NCBI GenBank assembly: GCA_965153355.1
Contig: OZ231126.1
Location: 22,444,001-22,508,000 of the forward strand
DNA length: 64,000 nucleotides
Origin: Flaccisagitta enflata
Lineage: Eukaryota
Direction of reading: 5' to 3'
Numbering within the stretch: the first letter of the stretch is position 1; each line of letters starts with the position of its first letter. A program made the translations under genes and the position numbers. Below the pieces are notes generated by a model, which made no database searches, had not been told where the DNA came from, and saw nothing but the letters and a program-made list of their open reading frames with translations. Below are positions 56,759 to 64,000 of this stretch, one piece after another.

Positions 56759-57081
56759 TGTGGGTATGTGTGCGTAAAGACGGTCCTCGGATGTGAACAC
56801 TAAGTGTACAGGAGGTATACAGGAGGCGTACAAGCGAGGATGCATTATCTTATGGCAGTACGTTTTCGGTTCCCGTTAGGCCATTGCTTTAGTGTTTATT
56901 TTGATGATTGTTCCATTATTTTTATAGCCTGGAGTCGGCAAAAAAGGGGAAAGCCTTTTTACAACGCCATCTCCTTACCCACAAATCAAGCGCAGACGCA
57001 GACGAAATGATCTCTTTGAGATCCTGTAGTGAGATTCGGCATAAGAGCTATGGTGCAAAGAGCCATGGTTTGCAATTGAAA

Positions 57082-57161
<80 letters not shown>

Positions 57162-57218
57162 AGGATAGCAAAGTTGGCAACGAGAAGAAAATAAAGAACT
57201 CATTTGGTATGCACTCTA

Positions 57219-57984
57219 CAGGGTGTACCAACTGAGTTGTAACATAAAGAATCGATGTATCTCAGCTTCTAAAGCAGATAATCCAATTCTGAAAAAGGTT
57301 CTAAAGAGATCTGGAAAAACGATTTTTGCTCATGCAAAGAAAATAGATCGATCCCGTCAGAATCTTACACATTCTCAACCCATAGTGAAGCAGCTATTTC
57401 TCATGATGTAAATTTGGTTGTTATTGCTCATAGACACTTTCTCTTTAAGAGGTTCTCAAATCTAAACGGATTGAGCTACAGACCTGAGATTGGTCTTAAA
57501 TCAAAGATTTTTAGCTGTAGTTTTTGGCCTTAATAACAAACATCCTCAAAATAGTGATGTTCGGGCATTTCTTTCCTTCAAAACCATATTTTAAAAAATA
57601 CCCTTGATTTTCATAAGTAAGATTTGGGCAAAAATGACAGTATTTTCTGAAAAATATGTGAATTTTCTGTGAATTCTCTTTAATTACATAAAGTATCTTT
57701 AATCTTAGTCCAACTTGACATATTTTGTGAAATATTTTAGAATTAAAAGCCAAACAAAGACAAATTGACATGGGAAATCAATAGAAAACAGCAAAATGAT
57801 AGCAAAAAGGTGTATACTTCTAAACCTTTTTTCCACTACTGTTTAGACCTTCCCATTATTTTTTTCTTATCAAGCAAAAATCGTTTTTCAAAATCTTTTA
57901 AGAATTTTTTTCAGAATTGGATTATCTTCTTCAGAAGCCAAGATACATCGATTCTTTATGTTACAACTGAGTTGGTACACCCTG
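57219..57984. mobile_element. Tc1/mariner-type MITE with long TIRs
   Basis: TA-CAGGGTGTACCAACT...AGTTGGTACACCCTG-TA; ~110-bp imperfect TIR. Confidence 0.85.
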
Positions 57985-58489
57985 TATAATGTACCGCATA
58001 TACCACCTGACTGCAATTGTTTTTCTCGCCATCTTATTTCGACTGCCCATATTCTCCAAAAAAGGTTCCATTCTACCAGTTCGTCCCTCTTAGTCTCAGT
58101 TTCACTCTTGGCAACTACGCTGCTGCAACCGCTGTTGCTTTGCTGCGTCCCACTTCGGCTGATGCGAGTGCCGCTGCAGAAGATGAAAGTCAAGGCCGCT
58201 TCAGCAACAGGGTCTGCGGCTCCGCAATGTCTGCGACCAAAAATACGGCGAGGAAGAAATGGAATTGGAAAACATGTTGAGTAAAAAAAAAAGACTTCAA
58301 TGAATCCACGAATAAGCAAGTCAAAGAAAGGAGATCTAAGGAAGCAAGCAGTTTCAAATACGCGATTGTTGGAGTGAAACTAAATTGCTTACCTGTAATG
58401 GTCTCATATAAGTAGACAAAAATAAGATATTAAACAATAGGTGCTAGATTATGCAGCAACTACTCCGCCTGGGTTGCCCTGACGAGAGA

Positions 58490-58586
<97 letters not shown>

Positions 58587-59077
58587 TGAAAAAGAGAAAC
58601 AGAAGTAGAGACAAAAATGTTAAAAAGTCAAAGCAAGGCAAGGAAAAATGAAGTAGAACATAAAGGAAACAAGTGACGCGGGGTCACAATATCGTTGCGG
58701 GCGGGTGGGCGGGGGAATCCAACCACCATCCACCCTCTATGTCCCACTCCCCCCCCCCCGTCCTACACACTCAGTCACTCACTCACACCAAAAGTATCTA
58801 AAACGCTCGTTTTCCCAATTCTTTACCCGTGCTGACGGACGGACCAGTGGACCAACGGATGGACCAACAGTCGGACAAAACCTCTTAGAGAGTTGCGTGT
58901 CTGCAAAAATGAAGAAGAAGAAGAAGAAGAGAATAATGAGCTGAATTTACACAAGAGTATTGAGCAATGAGCAATAAGTAGTGAATGGGAAGGTCGATCT
59001 AACAATCAATATCAATTTTCCTACAACAACGCCCTCGTTAGTCTCTCACCAAGCCAACTTGTTCCCACTCTACAACT

Positions 59078-59119
<42 letters not shown>

Positions 59120-59124
<5 letters not shown>

Positions 59125-59350
59125 TCAGCGCACGCTTTCCGCGCTGCGTCGCTGCTCGCGCTTCACGTCCTTCGTCGTCGTCATCGTCGTCGTTATCGTC
59201 GTCATGACCGTCGTTTCTTTTTGGTCCCGCCCTCCGCCCTCCGCTCGCACGCGCGTTTTTAGCCATAAAACCATCACCAAAAATCGACGACAAAATTTTT
59301 TTGCGACTTTAGTCGTAAAACGCAAAGAAGCGAATCAGAATTCGGAGTTG
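59120..59350 (+). promoter_or_regulatory. Candidate Hox promoter/enhancer CpG island
   Basis: Unique CpG-dense block with tandem GC boxes (CCCGCCCTCCGCCC) and GCCATAAAA / GTCGTAAAA motifs, flanked by (CT)n, 2.3 kb upstream of the ATG. Function is inferred only. Confidence 0.4.
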
Positions 59351-59381
59351 CAAAAAGGCCTGGAAGAAAGAAAGAAAGAAA

Positions 59382-59450
<69 letters not shown>

Positions 59451-59967
59451 AAAAAAAAGAGAGACAAGAAAGAGAGACAAGAAAGAAAGACGACAAGAAA
59501 AAGCTCAAGAAAGAATAATAAAAGGACAACCCAAAGATGCGATAAGAAAAGCCAGACAGAAATGGTCGATTGAAACCGGACAAAAGAACAACTCTTAAAA
59601 CTGTCCGACCCACGTATTATTTTCTCATTTTATATTCCTTTCCTCTTCTGTGCCACTTTCTTCTCGGCGTTATTCTGCCTTCTTTTCGCTTTTTTCATGC
59701 TTCTTTTACTTTTAGTTGCCTCGTTGTAGTTTATCGGTGGATATTTATCACCTTTTCCATGTCTTCTCTATTCTTCCGTTCTTATTTACACATATGCTTC
59801 TTATATTACCCAGTAGAGCGTGGTTTCCTGTCCTGTTTCTGTCTATTTCTATCGCTTTTGCTGTCTTTTAACGTTTTCATATTTGTATGTCATTGTCGAT
59901 TTCTCTTCAACTGTTTGTCTGTCTATCTATCTGTCACTGTCTGTCTGTCTTGCTGTCTGTCCGCTGT

Positions 59968-60062
<95 letters not shown>

Positions 60063-61660
60063 CATCCATGTGTCTCTGTCTCCATCTTCCGTGTCTTCCC
60101 TTTTCGGCGTCGTCTGCGTCGCCGTTTTTTCTCTCTCTCTCAGCACTCAGGCAATTAAATGTTCAGGGAAACAGACGACACTAGTCCAGGAATAGAACCA
60201 AACCGGGGAAAATAGACATAGAAAAAAAGAAAAATTGGCCAAAAGAAAAAAAGGGGAAAAAGGGTAAAGAAAAAAGAGCAAGGCCTCTTCCACTCGCGGA
60301 CGGTTGGAGATGAGTGGTAGCCGCTAACTAACCATTTTGCTACAGATGGTCCAACAGAAAGACGGCAAAACAGCAGCATATTCAGTCAAGTGTTCGCGAT
60401 TAGAAACAGTGAGTGAAACTGAAATTACCCATTTTCGAGTTCTATTAAAAACAATGGACAGCATGGCAAACTGACACCTAGAGCAAAATAGGTGGCAAAA
60501 AAATATGATAGAGAAACAAACGGTTATGGCATAAAAACAGTACAAAAAACGTAAAAATGATCTCTTTCCTTTGTTTCCGTTTCAGAGTTTGTGAAGTGAG
60601 AAGCAAAAAAAAAGTTCAAAAAGGATCGTTAAAAAGATTTATATGGAAAAAACGAGGAAACTTTTTTTTTGGTGACGTTTTTGTGTGACTTTTGTCTTTC
60701 TCCTTTTTTCGACGTCACATTCATCAATTATTCATTCATTGCTTCTACTATTGGACGACGAACAATAATCAACTAATCGAGTCTTTCTCTGCTTTTTGTG
60801 TCATTCATTTTGCTTGTGAACACCTTTTTCGAGGTTTTTCCCCTATTTATTCGTTCTCTCTCTCATTCTCCTCTTGTGCAATAAAATCAGTCATCGTCAT
60901 CGTAATAATCATCGTCATCATAGTCGTAGTCATAGTCTTTTTTGTTTTTGTACGCTATAAACACCATCATCGTCAACGTCTTCTGCGCTTCACATTGTCG
61001 TCATTGCCGTCATTTTCGTCAACGTCTCTGTTCTCTTTTCCGCCTTCGTCATCGTCGTCAACCTCCTTTCCCTCCATCTTCCATTCTTCCCTCCGATCGT
61101 AAAACTCGTAAAATTGTCTTTCGTTTTTCTCCATCTTGATTTTCTTTTTTTTTTCTTCGGAAACGTCATTTTCTGTCTCTCTCTCTCACTGGGGAAAAAG
61201 AATAGAGCATAATTCTCACTTTACACTTACAGTTTTCCATTGACATCTGATTCTTGCTTTATCTTCCTCGATCTTTCTCCATCTTCTCTATGATCTTCTA
61301 TCATTCTGTTTTCTTTTCTATCTTCCATTTTGCTGCCATCTTGTCACCGTGTCTCAGCTTTATCCTCCGTTTTCTGTTATCTTTTCTTCTTTCTTTTCTC
61401 CGATTGCTCAGTTGTCTGATTCGACAGTCTCTAGCTGCTCTTTTCAGTCCTTCATTGTCTTTGAACTTCCCATCTTTTCATCTTACATCTTTACTTCCTG
61501 TATTTGCGCCTCCTTCATCTCCCATCTCCTCAATCATCTCGTCAACTCTCGACTTCATCTTCAAAGACTCTCAGCCTTTCTGCCCCTTACTCTCTAGTTT
61601 CTCCCGCAAATCTCCTTTTGCATCTCTCCTCGTGTCTTTCTCTCCCTCCCATCTCCACCA

Positions 61661-62111
61661 ATGAAGTCAACCTTGGCAATGAACTCACATGAGAATTACT
61701 CCGCCGCCGCCGCGTATCCCTACGCTAACCCGATGGCGGCGGCCGCTTCCTGGGGACCCACCGTAGCCGCCGCTTCTTACCACTCGGGCATCACTTCCGA
61801 TTACAGTCGATTGGCGCAGGGCGTCACGGCCGAGTATAATAACGCCATCAACAACGCGATAAACAGTCAAGTGGCCCACGCGGCCGCCGCCAGTTCATTG
61901 ACGGACTATTCCCGCGCCGCTGCGGCGTCGGCGGCGTGGGGTGTGGCGGCGGCAGGAAGTCACGCGGCGGCGGCGGCTAGCGTCCATCAAGATCCATGGA
62001 CGACTTTCGATGGGCGGTTCCAAAGAGTTAGCGAAGCCTGCGTCTACAACGCGGCAAAACAATTCAGCCAAGCCTCTGGGACCCCCTTCTACCCGTGGAT
62101 GGGTATTGTGG
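61661..62111 (+). CDS. First coding exon of a central Hox gene of the UbdA group (Lox4/Lox2/Ubx/abd-A-like; best motif match Lox4/Ubx); homeobox exon lies beyond the window
   Basis: GC-rich, Ala/Ser/Tyr-rich ORF from ATG 61661 (alternative ATG 61679, MNSHENY) ends in TPFYPWMGIV-G, the YPWM hexapeptide in FYPWMxxxG context typical of Ubx (FYPWMAIAG) and Lox4/Lox2. It is followed at once by a canonical donor G|GTAAGT at 62111/62112 (phase 1; 150 codons + 1 nt). The ORF-track extension (ERERER) is intronic (GA)n. Confidence 0.92.
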
Positions 62112-62115
62112 GTAA

Positions 62116-62310
<195 letters not shown>

Positions 62311-62581
62311 AGAGAGGAGAGAACGATCCAAGATTGTACCAAAACCATTGTACTATCGTTGAATAGAATAATCAAGTTATCATCGGAAAAAAGCTGTCAC
62401 TTGACTAAAAGCCATTTTGATAAGAATGATCAAAAATGATAGCTGAGTCTCGCCCTATCTTATCTATTTCTCATTTTCCCTACTATGTTCCTTGTTTATA
62501 TATGGCGTCGAGATACAAGGATAAATCTAGAATACATTTCAAGTGACAGTAAACTTGGAAGAACACATGCTTACAATTTAC

Positions 62582-62906
62582 CAGGCCTGTATATTCTTGA
62601 GTTTTCCCCCCCCCCGGTGGGGGGGGGGAAAAAAATCAAAGGGTCTGGAGATGGGGAAGGAAATTAAAGGGGAGAAAAAGAGAAAAAAAGGAAATTTGGG
62701 GAAAATATATCTTTTTACAGTACCAAATCATAAAACTCAATTAGTAAAACACAATTTAACACTATTTAAGCCTTAACTACATAGTTTTATTGCTATATGG
62801 GGAAGAAAAACATGGATATAAAAACGCGACGCGACCCGGCGCGGGGAAGAAAATCAAAGGCAGGGGGGGGAAAAAATCAAAAGCGACTCAAGAATATACA
62901 CCCCTG
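62582..62906. mobile_element. hAT MITE in the Hox intron
   Basis: TIR CAGGCCTGTATATTCTTGAG / CTCAAGAATATACACCCCTG; 8-bp TSD CAATTTAC at 62574-62581 and 62907-62914. Confidence 0.85.
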
Positions 62907-63785
62907 CAATTTACTTTTATTTTTAATCAAGCCCACTGCACTGTTCTCGTCTACTGGTTTTTCAATATACAGATTTTAAGCAATTCTATTCTTAAGCACT
63001 CATAAAGGGCAAAAGATATGTCTCCACTATGTTAAACTAATTCATCATTGAGACTTTTATAGTTGCGGAAACAAGACTCTATAGGAGGGGGGCGTAGGGT
63101 TTTTTTGGACGCCCCCGCTCACCCGTCCGCGTCACTTGTTATTGTGGTTAAGCGTCTTGAAAATGAAGACATCAACTTCATTAACCAGTTATTACGACAA
63201 ATGTGATGACCGATAATTCTTTTTATTTTTATCATTGTATCTACCATGATTTAATTCTATGACCGCTGAATGACCTCGCTACATGCATTCAGCGGTTAAA
63301 CCCAGATTTACTTAAAAGTGTGTGTCTATTCATATGTTTTATAATTCAAAATTTCTGCCGAGTTGATTTTACGGTTGAGCTTTATGAATCGGAAGGAGGA
63401 GATTTGGTTAGGAAACGTCGTTCGACATTCGTCTCAAAACAATTTGACAGTCATGACTCTTTCTCGTTTTTTTCTCTTCTTTATTATCATTATGATATTG
63501 AGGTCGGTCTCAGCTGAACTATTTTTTTTTATCATCTCATTTATTCTTTTTTATTCTTTATCTTTTTTATTTGCCTTTTTTTGCGTGAGATAGACGGTCA
63601 TTACTTATTTTCATGTTATGATCTCTTTTTGTCATCTTTTCTTTATGGAAGTATGACAACTGAATCAGCAGTATGACAATATTGATGAAACCAAGAGCAG
63701 TATGACAATATTGATGAGACCAAGAAGTCAGAGGTGTCTGTCTCTTCCTCTCTCTGTCTGACTGCCTGCCTGCTTGTCTGCCTGC

Positions 63786-63816
<31 letters not shown>

Positions 63817-64000
63817 TCCACGCACGTCCCTCCCAACGTTCCGACCTCCTCCTGACTTTTGTTTGACATTCATTTTCAAAAATGAAAACTGCAAGAAATT
63901 CCTACGTAATAATGATAACCTTGTGAGGCCATGGAGAAGGGGGAAAATGCATCTAGAAATGTGATTACACATTGTAAATCGCACCAACATGTAGTAATAC

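Overview
Repeat-rich invertebrate (probably spiralian) genomic DNA with two 10-N assembly gaps (33431-33440, 39258-39267). Nearly all ORFs in the supplied track are microsatellite or transposon artefacts. Three real coding signals are present. (1) The first coding exon of a central UbdA-group Hox gene (Lox4/Lox2/Ubx-like; hexapeptide TPFYPWMGIVG, phase-1 donor) lies at 61661-62111 (+), with its homeobox outside the window. (2) An intron-containing, disabled lamin-type intermediate-filament gene lies on the minus strand (26425-30402); its coil-1B exon rejoins exactly when a 7-bp-TSD transposon is removed. (3) Two in-phase exons plus degenerate remnants of a serine/aspartate racemase (PLP fold II) gene lie on the minus strand (35283-38216). 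The rest is a dense mosaic of non-autonomous DNA transposons: roughly 30 Helentron-associated (HINE/DINE-1-like) copies, several carrying internal satellites, plus Tc1/mariner, hAT, PIF, piggyBac-like, 9-bp-TSD and foldback MITEs, often nested. There is also a ~158-bp higher-order satellite built from GGTGAGT-containing subunits, long microsatellites, and unique CpG-rich islands that look like Hox cis-regulatory sequence. All family assignments come from recognised motifs and terminal structures; no database search was run.
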